Virus record (IMG/VR): IMGVR_UViG_3300013767_000194 | Span: 1 to 25,199 of that record | Source of the DNA: a virus | Taxonomy: Duplodnaviria; Caudoviricetes | Strand: one strand, 5' to 3' | DNA length: 25,199 bases | Part shown: positions 18,173 to 24,422 of the stretch, in pieces | How the letters are laid out: each line of letters begins with the position of its first letter | Numbering within the stretch: the first letter of the stretch is position 1 | Notes under the pieces: generated by a model | What the model was told of the DNA's origin: nothing | The model's input: only the letters and a program-made list of their open reading frames with translations | The model's database searches: none | Translations under genes and position numbers: made by a program

Positions 18173-18716
18173 TGCGCTGATCACCGCGGCGCAGCTGCGG
18201 GCGATCATGCCGCTCGCTGGCGCTCGGGCGGACGTGTTCGCGCCTCACCTGTCGGCCGCCATGCTTCAGTTCGAGATCAACACGCCGACGCGCGCGGCCG
18301 CGTTCCTTGCGCAGACCGGCCACGAGTCTGGCCAGCTGCGCCTGCTGCGTGAAATCTGGGGCCCGACGCCGGCGCAGCGCCGGTACGAGGGCAGGGCGGA
18401 TCTCGGCAACACGGAGCCCGGCGACGGCAAGCGGTACATGGGGCGCGGGCTGATCCAAGTCACCGGCCGGAAGAACTATGTGCTGTGCGGATTCGGCCTG
18501 CACCTGGACCTGGTCACCCACCCCGAGCTGCTCGAGCAGCCGGAGCACGCGGCAGCGTCGGCCGGCTGGTATTGGCACACCAACGGGCTGAACCGCTTCG
18601 CCGATGCCGGCGACTTCGTTGGCCTGACGCGCGCCATCAATGGCGGCACCAATGGCATTGCCGATCGGCGGGCGCTTTGGGCGCGCGCCAAGACCGCATT
18701 GGGGGTGAACTCATGA
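18165..18716 (+). CDS. Endolysin, glycoside hydrolase family 19
   Basis: AAFLAQ.GHESG, LGN...GDG..Y.GRGLIQ.TGR.NY, SAGWYW, TR.INGG.NG..DR. SD GGAG before ATG 18165. Confidence 0.95.
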   Translation: MADALITAAQLRAIMPLAGARADVFAPHLSAAMLQFEINTPTRAAAFLAQTGHESGQLRLLREIWGPTPAQRRYEGRADLGNTEPGDGKRYMGRGLIQVTGRKNYVLCGFGLHLDLVTHPELLEQPEHAAASAGWYWHTNGLNRFADAGDFVGLTRAINGGTNGIADRRALWARAKTALGVNS

Positions 18717-19078
18717 GCAAAGCAAAGATCGTCCGCGACACCGAGGGCCGGTTTTACGGCATCAAGTGGAAGTGCCCCGCTTGCCGATGGGATGACGGCG
18801 AAATGCACGTTCATATTCTGCCGGTAGATTGGTTGCCGCCAGGCGAAACGCAAGCGTCGCCGCACATTGCCGGTAAGCCTAAATGGTCATTCAATGGCGA
18901 TTTTGACAAGCCGGTGTTTGGCCCTAGCGTTTTGAGTTCCGCCGAGTTCCCGGACGGGCGCCGCGTGTGTCATTCGTTCGTCGGGTGCAACGGCGCGCAG
19001 CCAGGCCAGATCACGTTCCTTGGCGACTGCACCCACGCACTCGCCGGCCAGACGGTCGATCTCCCCGACGTCGACTGA
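18713..19078 (+). CDS. Cys/His-rich small protein, DUF6527-like
   Basis: ATGA overlap at 18713. CPAC...H...W.FNGD..KP.F.PS...CHSFV...G.I.FL.DCTH.LAGQTVDLP. Family name is from recall. Confidence 0.75.
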   Translation: MSKAKIVRDTEGRFYGIKWKCPACRWDDGEMHVHILPVDWLPPGETQASPHIAGKPKWSFNGDFDKPVFGPSVLSSAEFPDGRRVCHSFVGCNGAQPGQITFLGDCTHALAGQTVDLPDVD

Positions 19079-19097
19079 CCTCGCCACACCCAACATC

Positions 19098-19127
19098 AGC
19101 CCCGCCACGCGCGGGGCTTTTGCATTT
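19098..19127 (+). terminator. Terminator-like hairpin within the lysis region
   Basis: AGCCCCGC-CACGC-GCGGGGCT-TTTGCATTT. Confidence 0.7.
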
Positions 19128-19138
19128 CTGGAGGGCCT

Positions 19139-19630
19139 ATGGCCGTCACCGATACCCACGAAGAGAAAGAGACGCTCACCGTCGACGTGCTGCTGCCTGG
19201 CCACGAGGCGCGGACCACGACGCCGCTGTTCCTGCATTCAAAGAAAGCGCTGATCGCGCGCGAGGGTGGTCGCTGCTACATCTGCAACGCGACTGCGGAG
19301 GAATCCGGCCATCCGCTGGAGGCGCATCACCACCCGATCGAGCGCTCGCTGGCCAACATGATCGACTGGGCCAGCGTAGCCGAGTTTGCCAAGTCCGGGG
19401 CGCTGGGCCCGCACGCCGCGTCTTTCGACTGGAGCAAGTTCGACCGGGCCGATCCATACGTCTTCGTTGACGACATGACGGTGAACGGTCTTCTGCTCTG
19501 CAAGCTCCACCACACCGGCAAGGACGCCGGCATTCACGACATGCCTTTCCCGCTCTGGATTGCGCAGAAGTACGCGCGGGAAGGCTATCAGTTCAGCCCG
19601 ACGGAGGTTATCCACCATGCTGATTCTTGA
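19139..19630 (+). CDS. HNH-like (CxxC...H...N.LLLC..HH...GIH) Zn-binding protein
   Basis: SD GGAGG. REGGRCYIC, LEAHH, NGLLLCKLHH, GIH. The gene is clear; nuclease activity is inferred. Confidence 0.65.
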   Translation: MAVTDTHEEKETLTVDVLLPGHEARTTTPLFLHSKKALIAREGGRCYICNATAEESGHPLEAHHHPIERSLANMIDWASVAEFAKSGALGPHAASFDWSKFDRADPYVFVDDMTVNGLLLCKLHHTGKDAGIHDMPFPLWIAQKYAREGYQFSPTEVIHHADS

Positions 19631-20180
19631 AGCCATCGGCGCCGCGCTGAAGTCGATCTTCGCCACGCCGGAACGCATCTTCGTCGCCGCAGTGCTGGTC
19701 GTGCTGGCGCTGGCCGGCGGCTCAGTGCTGGTCTACCGCCACGAGCGGGATGCGGCGCGCGCCGAGCTCGCGCAGGCAAAGCAGGCCGCCGCTGTCGCCA
19801 AGGTCGATGCCAAACAGGCCGCAGTGACCGCCACCGTCACCGACAAGGCCGCCCAGGCCCAGACGCAAATCCAAACCGTCTTCCGAGACCGGATCATCTA
19901 CCGCGACCGCGAGGTGCCCCATGAAGTCATTGTTCACGACGACGCTGCTTGCAGCATCCCTGGCCGCTTTGTCGGCATGTGGAACAGCGCCAATCGCGCC
20001 GAAGTTCCCACAACCGCCAGCCTCCTTGATGAAGCCCCCAGCGGAGTTGTCCTCTCTGACGTTGAAGCCCAGCACGACCGCGAAGCCGAAGCTTTCCACG
20101 CAAACGCCGAGCAACTGAAGGCGTTGCAGGACTGGGTTCGCCAACAGGCGGCCATTGCTGCGAGCCGGGATAACGACTGA
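19617..20180 (+). CDS. Rz: Inner-membrane spanin
   Basis: ATG 19617 with SD GGAGG. Single N-terminal TM helix, Ala-rich coiled coil, QL.ALQDWVR end; contains an embedded lipoprotein gene. Confidence 0.88.
   Translation: MLILEAIGAALKSIFATPERIFVAAVLVVLALAGGSVLVYRHERDAARAELAQAKQAAAVAKVDAKQAAVTATVTDKAAQAQTQIQTVFRDRIIYRDREVPHEVIVHDDAACSIPGRFVGMWNSANRAEVPTTASLLDEAPSGVVLSDVEAQHDREAEAFHANAEQLKALQDWVRQQAAIAASRDND
19921..20118 (+). CDS. Rz1: Outer-membrane spanin lipoprotein, fully embedded in Rz (+1 frame)
   Basis: SD GAGGTG at 19911-19916, signal peptide with lipobox LSAC, Pro-rich mature part (PKFPQPPASLMKPP). Confidence 0.88.
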   Translation: MKSLFTTTLLAASLAALSACGTAPIAPKFPQPPASLMKPPAELSSLTLKPSTTAKPKLSTQTPSN

Positions 20181-20191
20181 ACAGGCGAACT

Positions 20192-21082
20192 ATGAACCGA
20201 CCCGATCTGATACAGCAGTACGGCAGCATCCGGGCGGCTGCTCGGGCTATGGGGCTCGCGGAAACTACGCTTCGGGATAGGCTGGCGAAGGGGCAGGGCG
20301 TGCAGGTCACGCTGTCGGAGCGCAAGACGGTCAACCTGCTGGCGATACGTGATGGCTCGGTCGTCATCGGCTCGGATGCCCACTATTCGCCGGGGCGCGT
20401 CACCACAGCGCACAAGGCGTTCTGCAACGTGATCGCGGAGCATCGGGCTGAACTGAAGGCGGTCATCCTGAACGGCGATCTGCTGGACGGCGCCAGGATC
20501 AGCCGGCATGACCGCATCGGCTGGCAGAAGACCTACAGCGTTAAGGACGAGCTCGAAGCGGTGCAGGAGCGGCTAGGCGAGATCGAGCAGGCAGCCAAGG
20601 GGCTGAAGATGCTTCGCACGACCGGGAACCACGACGCCCGGTTCGACAGTCGGTTGGCTGCGCAGGCCCCCGAGTACGAGGGCATCAAGGGCTTTGCGCT
20701 GGCCGATCATCTGCCGCACTGGAAAGACTCGTACCGGATCGACATCAACGACGACACGAAGGTGATTCACGCCGTCGCCAACGGCATGCACGCGGCTTAC
20801 AACAACGTGGTCAAGGGCTCAGGGTTCCATGTCGTGACGGGCCACACGCACCGGCTGCAGGCCGTCCAGTTCCGGGGCTTCGGGCAACTGCGCTACGGGA
20901 TCGAGACTGGCATGCTGGCGGACCCCGATCAGGAGGAATTCCACTACCTGACCGGCAGGAATGCTAACTGGCAATCCGGCTTTGTGGTGCTAACGTGGCG
21001 CGACGGGGAAATGCTCTATCCGGAGTTCTGCGCGGTGCGGGATGATGGCCGGGCGTACTTTCGCGGCCAGCGGGTGGCTTGA
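20192..21082 (+). CDS. Calcineurin-like metallophosphoesterase with N-terminal helix-turn-helix
   Basis: SDAH, NGDLLD, GNHD, H and GHTHR metal motifs. N-terminal GSIRAAARAMGLAETTLRDRL is an HTH. Confidence 0.88.
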   Translation: MNRPDLIQQYGSIRAAARAMGLAETTLRDRLAKGQGVQVTLSERKTVNLLAIRDGSVVIGSDAHYSPGRVTTAHKAFCNVIAEHRAELKAVILNGDLLDGARISRHDRIGWQKTYSVKDELEAVQERLGEIEQAAKGLKMLRTTGNHDARFDSRLAAQAPEYEGIKGFALADHLPHWKDSYRIDINDDTKVIHAVANGMHAAYNNVVKGSGFHVVTGHTHRLQAVQFRGFGQLRYGIETGMLADPDQEEFHYLTGRNANWQSGFVVLTWRDGEMLYPEFCAVRDDGRAYFRGQRVA

Positions 21083-21103
21083 TGGGCCTCTCTTTGTCAG
21101 GTA

Positions 21104-21132
21104 CTGGCAACATCACGCCCCCGTGTGATACT
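21104..21132 (+). promoter_or_regulatory. Candidate sigma70 promoter with overlapping palindrome
   Basis: CTGGCA-17 bp-GATACT with an extended -10 TG at 21124-21125. Inverted repeat ATCAC-N8-GTGAT at 21112-21129. Confidence 0.4.
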
Positions 21133-21337
21133 GGGCTCGTTCGATTCGGCGGATTCGTTGAAAGGCGAAGGCTAATGCATACGCGCGAAAGTGCGCGGGT
21201 TGCACAAGCTCGCGCACAATCGCTGGCCCATACTTTTCGTCGTAGATGCCGTTATGCATGTCTCGCGTGGGCTGTCCGGTCGTGTACTTCGTCTGGAATT
21301 TCTGGCGGTGCCACTTCTCAAATTCCTCGCGCATCAT
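21113..21337 (-). CDS. Hypothetical protein, last gene of the leftward operon; 3' half may be non-native
   Basis: SD AAGGAGG and ATGA overlap support the start. The C-terminal half overlaps the candidate RNA and promoter. Confidence 0.6.
   Translation of the reverse strand: MMREEFEKWHRQKFQTKYTTGQPTRDMHNGIYDEKYGPAIVRELVQPAHFRAYALAFAFQRIRRIERAQYHTGA
21139..21230 (+). ncRNA. Candidate structured small RNA (three-way junction, two GAAA tetraloops)
   Basis: Hand-folded stems: CGATT/AATCG, TTCGTT-GAAA-GGCGAA, GCT/AGC, TGCA/TGCA, CGCGC-GAAA-GTGCG. The G-U pairs work only on the + strand. Confidence 0.5.
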
Positions 21338-21951
21338 TCCTCCTTTCCGGCCAGCGCGGCACGGACCATTGCGTCCCAGTCCCTAGTCGCATTGCGCTTC
21401 TTCCACTCTTCCCACTCTTCGTCAGTGAACTCGGAATAGTTCGGGTCTTTGATCTTGAAGTCGTCGGCGCCACTGTTGTTCCATGCCTCGACCATCGCAT
21501 CGGTTGGAACCCGTGGCACTGTCACCACATCAGCCTCTCCGCTGTCAGCCAGCGCGGCGCGGGCGTAGAGCGGGGTGCAAATTCCGCCATTCTTACGGGC
21601 TTGGTCGACGGCGGGAACCTCGCTGGCATGCGCTTGCACCCAGATGTCAGCGTCGCACTTCCATTCCACCAACCACGCACGCGGCTCCGCTTCCCCGCTG
21701 CCAGGCTGGCTGGCGCACTTCTGGCAGATCGGCCGATACCATTTCTGCACGGCCGGTGAGAATTTTTGATAGCGCTCGTCCGTGATGTACTTGGTGTAGA
21801 CCGGCGTCGTGGCCTCCCATGCGTATTGCTCCGGCTGGCTTGCGCGCTCCAGCATGAACTCGCGCGCCTCGTGCTGGAAGTCCACCGTATGCCCGTTGGC
21901 GTAACGGATCGCCGCGTCGTGCATGGCCTCTGCAAGTTTTTCGATGTTCAT
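21334..21951 (-). CDS. Mosaic hypothetical phage protein (about four modules)
   Basis: Start ATG 21951 (MNIEKL, ATGA overlap, SD GGAGG). ASQP/SGEA linkers; EPRAW, TPLY and VPRVPT.AMV...W.AM..AA modules typical of lambdoid early-left proteins. Confidence 0.8.
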   Translation of the reverse strand: MNIEKLAEAMHDAAIRYANGHTVDFQHEAREFMLERASQPEQYAWEATTPVYTKYITDERYQKFSPAVQKWYRPICQKCASQPGSGEAEPRAWLVEWKCDADIWVQAHASEVPAVDQARKNGGICTPLYARAALADSGEADVVTVPRVPTDAMVEAWNNSGADDFKIKDPNYSEFTDEEWEEWKKRNATRDWDAMVRAALAGKEE

Positions 21952-22271
21952 TTCCCGTCCTCCGATTCGGTGCGCGCCGTCATTCCGATCTTCCTTAAAT
22001 ACCAAGGCGAAAGACTTCCCCAATCGAATTCATCTTTGAAGTCGCCGCAATGATGCTCTCTCGTCGTAAGCACGTGCCCCGCATCGAGCGGGCGATTTAC
22101 TCGCATTCCGAGCATTGCGTACCTCTCTGACCCTGACACCGGCGCACTCTTGTGGCATTGGCCAACCAGCGTATTGACACGGTGCCACCAATCACAACCA
22201 GCGCAACATGGCCCATGCTTTGCATAGAAGCGATCAGCTAGCTCCTGTTCTTGATCAGGAATATCAGCCAC
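21948..22271 (-). CDS. Cys-rich hypothetical protein
   Basis: GTG 22271 after a G-rich SD, overlapping the upstream stop. CCAGCDWW...GQC...HHCGDF. Confidence 0.75.
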   Translation of the reverse strand: MADIPDQEQELADRFYAKHGPCCAGCDWWHRVNTLVGQCHKSAPVSGSERYAMLGMRVNRPLDAGHVLTTREHHCGDFKDEFDWGSLSPWYLRKIGMTARTESEDGK

Positions 22272-22521
22272 GATCCACCCCCTGTTGCCGCGTCGGCCTC
22301 TCGGCAGAATGCGCGATGAATTCGCAATCCCCGCCGCTATTGATGTTGTCTTCTTGATCCTGCTTGCATTCCGGGTGCCACGCGAAATTCTGGTGGCTTC
22401 CGTCGTAGATGGATTTCTCCCGGAAGTAGCGCTCACCCTTTTCGATAATTTCTGCACACCAGATGCAACGATGTGCCTTGCGCGCTTTCGTTTCGTCGCA
22501 TGAGAACAGGTGATAGGTCAT
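22264..22521 (-). CDS. Small Zn-finger-like hypothetical protein
   Basis: KARK.H.C.WC...I..GERY...H..C; ATGA overlap. Confidence 0.8.
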   Translation of the reverse strand: MTYHLFSCDETKARKAHRCIWCAEIIEKGERYFREKSIYDGSHQNFAWHPECKQDQEDNINSGGDCEFIAHSAERPTRQQGVDRG

Positions 22522-22931
22522 TTGCCTGCCCCCTGTTGCCGCTCGCGCTGGATGTCCACGGCTGAATCAAGTTCTTCAGCCCGCAACGTGTTGCCGATCC
22601 CATCGACCACGCTCCAATGCTGACCACGGCGCACCATTCGATACCGTTCCGCATCCCGCTTTTCCGCCTCGCTCGCCGCGTCTGCCGGGGTATTAAGATT
22701 CGCCAGCACAGCACCAATGCATGATGGTGCGATGCCGATCAGCTTGCGGCTGTCATCTGCGAACTTTGGCAACGGGTAATCGAAGTGCTTGAACAAGCGA
22801 CGCAAGCGGGTTGCCAGAAATTGAACTTCGCCAGCATCCAGCGTCATTCCTTCTTTCGGTTCATGGATGCCCTTTGCGTTCAGGTCAGGCTCTGCCGGGG
22901 TGGCGGATTGCTGTTCGATGTCTCGATTCAT
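22518..22931 (-). CDS. Mosaic hypothetical phage protein
   Basis: ATGA overlap and SD GGAG. C-terminal RDAERYR...ELD.AVD module recurrent in early phage proteins. Confidence 0.8.
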   Translation of the reverse strand: MNRDIEQQSATPAEPDLNAKGIHEPKEGMTLDAGEVQFLATRLRRLFKHFDYPLPKFADDSRKLIGIAPSCIGAVLANLNTPADAASEAEKRDAERYRMVRRGQHWSVVDGIGNTLRAEELDSAVDIQRERQQGAGK

Positions 22932-23413
22932 TTCGATTGCTCCAGTTGTTGACCATGTGCGCGACTGCGGCGCTTCACAAGGTCGCTGACATGTTTTCGA
23001 TGAATACCGAATTTCTTTGCGACAGCGCGCTGCGAGATCGTGCCGCTTGCGACCAATTGCCGAATTTCTTCTACCTGTTGGTCACTCAATTTGGTGCGGT
23101 TGTGCGCTTCCCCAAAAACTCGGTACTGCCGCCCTTTGGCCACCTTGTCGGCGATGTTTTCGAGGTTCGTGCCATCCCAAAGATGGGCGGGATTGCAGCA
23201 TCCAGGCGTATCGCATCGGTGTAGGACGTGGTTCTGCGCGTCTTTACTGTTGTGCAGGCGATAGGCAGTCCGGTGCGCGCGTTCCGTTTTGCCATTCCCA
23301 AGGCTGAATAATCCGTAGCCGTCCCGGTTCAAACTTCCTCGCCACAGCCAGCAGTCATCCGGGGCGCCAACAGCCACCTTTGCCCAAAACTTTTCTTCCA
23401 AGGTAGTAGGCAT
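22928..23413 (-). CDS. HNH endonuclease (HNH_3-type) with C-terminal HTH
   Basis: Start ATG 23413 (SD GGAGG). FWAKV...CWLW.G....GYG, AHR.AY, VLH.CD.P.C.NP.HL..GT..EN..D...KGR, then KL....V.EIR...Q..VA..FGI....VS. Confidence 0.93.
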   Translation of the reverse strand: MPTTLEEKFWAKVAVGAPDDCWLWRGSLNRDGYGLFSLGNGKTERAHRTAYRLHNSKDAQNHVLHRCDTPGCCNPAHLWDGTNLENIADKVAKGRQYRVFGEAHNRTKLSDQQVEEIRQLVASGTISQRAVAKKFGIHRKHVSDLVKRRSRAHGQQLEQSK

Positions 23414-23414
23414 G

Positions 23415-23936
23415 TCAGCCTCCATCCGCCTGCGCAGCGGGTGCCGAGGTGGCCTTGGCGCGAGCAATGACCCGCTGCAGGTTATCGAGCGTGCTGCTGG
23501 GCTCGCCGACCTTCACGACATTCAGACGATAGACCGATTCAACATGCTCCAACGACCGGAGCATGTCATCGAACACACTGCAAGACACCAGTTGCGGCAT
23601 GGTCGGCACTGGTGCGACGTGCGCGGCGATACGGAGAATTTCGTGTAAGCCGTCAATGACGCTGTCTGCACTGTTGAACGCTGACAGCAATACGTCATCC
23701 GTCACCCCCTTCCCATTGCTGGCCCCCGCAGAGTGGGCGGCCTGATCTAGCAACGCGGGAAGGTTCAGCATGATGCAATGCGCCTCGGTCAACTTCTCGC
23801 GGACTTCCTTGTTCACGCGATTGCCGAATCCCGGAACACGATACAAAGCGGCCTTGAATTCCTCTACGGCATTGCGCGCGATGCTCTCTGCATCCGTCAG
23901 CCCCGCTTGGCGTGCGGTGGTGTTGTCGTTGATCAT
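23415..23936 (-). CDS. Mosaic hypothetical phage protein
   Basis: Start ATG 23936 (MINDNTTARQAGLTD) with SD GGAG. The track start 24026 would overlap another gene. Confidence 0.75.
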   Translation of the reverse strand: MINDNTTARQAGLTDAESIARNAVEEFKAALYRVPGFGNRVNKEVREKLTEAHCIMLNLPALLDQAAHSAGASNGKGVTDDVLLSAFNSADSVIDGLHEILRIAAHVAPVPTMPQLVSCSVFDDMLRSLEHVESVYRLNVVKVGEPSSTLDNLQRVIARAKATSAPAAQADGG

Positions 23937-23974
23937 TTTCTTCTCCATTGCTTGCGCGTTTCGGTTGCGGTCAT
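23933..23974 (-). CDS. 13-aa mini-ORF MTATETRKQWRRK
   Basis: Its ATG overlaps the upstream stop (TGATG) after SD GGAGG, and its TGA overlaps the downstream ATG (ATGA). Confidence 0.45.
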   Translation of the reverse strand: MTATETRKQWRRK

Positions 23975-24093
23975 CAGAAGCCTCCCACCAGCGGGCCGTC
24001 CAGGTATCCAGCGACAGCCATCGCAAACAGGATGAACAGCGTCAGCAGGAGCGCGTCGGCGTTGCTGATTTCTTCGTGGTCTTCGCGGTTCAT
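23974..24093 (-). CDS. 39-aa single-TM protein MNREDHEEISNADALLLTLFILFAMAVAGYLDGPLVGGF
   Basis: Hand-translated. SD GGAG, start one base after the upstream stop; fills the gap exactly. Confidence 0.7.
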   Translation of the reverse strand: MNREDHEEISNADALLLTLFILFAMAVAGYLDGPLVGGF

Positions 24094-24094
24094 G

Positions 24095-24421
24095 TCAGGC
24101 TCCGGTGGCTTTAGCTATGGCGGAACGCAGTTTGAAAAGTGCCACCGCTTCAGGATCGGTCGATGATTCAAGCCAATGACCCTTTGCCAGCACCGACTCT
24201 GCGGCCTTTGCTGCGTCCACGAGATCTGGCACGGCAGCGATCGCCAGTAAATTCGCGTTACTTTCCGCCTCGGTCTTCTTGGGATCAGAGCAGAGAAATC
24301 CCCAGCCGATGTACTCAGCGGCAAGGATGGTGTGGACCGCATAGTTGCCCGGATCAGGGTCAATCGGGCGAAGCTGATAGCCGTCCCAATGCCATGGCCC
24401 GGGGGTGTGCTTGATTTCCAT
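24095..24421 (-). CDS. Hypothetical phage protein (KHTPGPW family)
   Basis: Start ATG 24421 with SD GAGG. KHTPGPW...ANL.AIAA.PDL..A...AIAKA is a recurrent phage pattern. Confidence 0.85.
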   Translation of the reverse strand: MEIKHTPGPWHWDGYQLRPIDPDPGNYAVHTILAAEYIGWGFLCSDPKKTEAESNANLLAIAAVPDLVDAAKAAESVLAKGHWLESSTDPEAVALFKLRSAIAKATGA

Positions 24422-24422
24422 G

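Noticed and set aside
21139-21230. tRNA, hammerhead ribozyme or CRISPR-repeat mimic as the identity of the structured element
   Set aside because: A GTTCGATTC string is present but at the 5' end with no cloverleaf or CCA; no CUGANGA core; no match to repeat consensus I recognise.
21079-21759. 226-aa + strand ORF overlapping the phosphoesterase stop, and others on + beyond 21100
   Set aside because: No SD, composition unlike a real protein, and antisense to well-coupled minus-strand genes.
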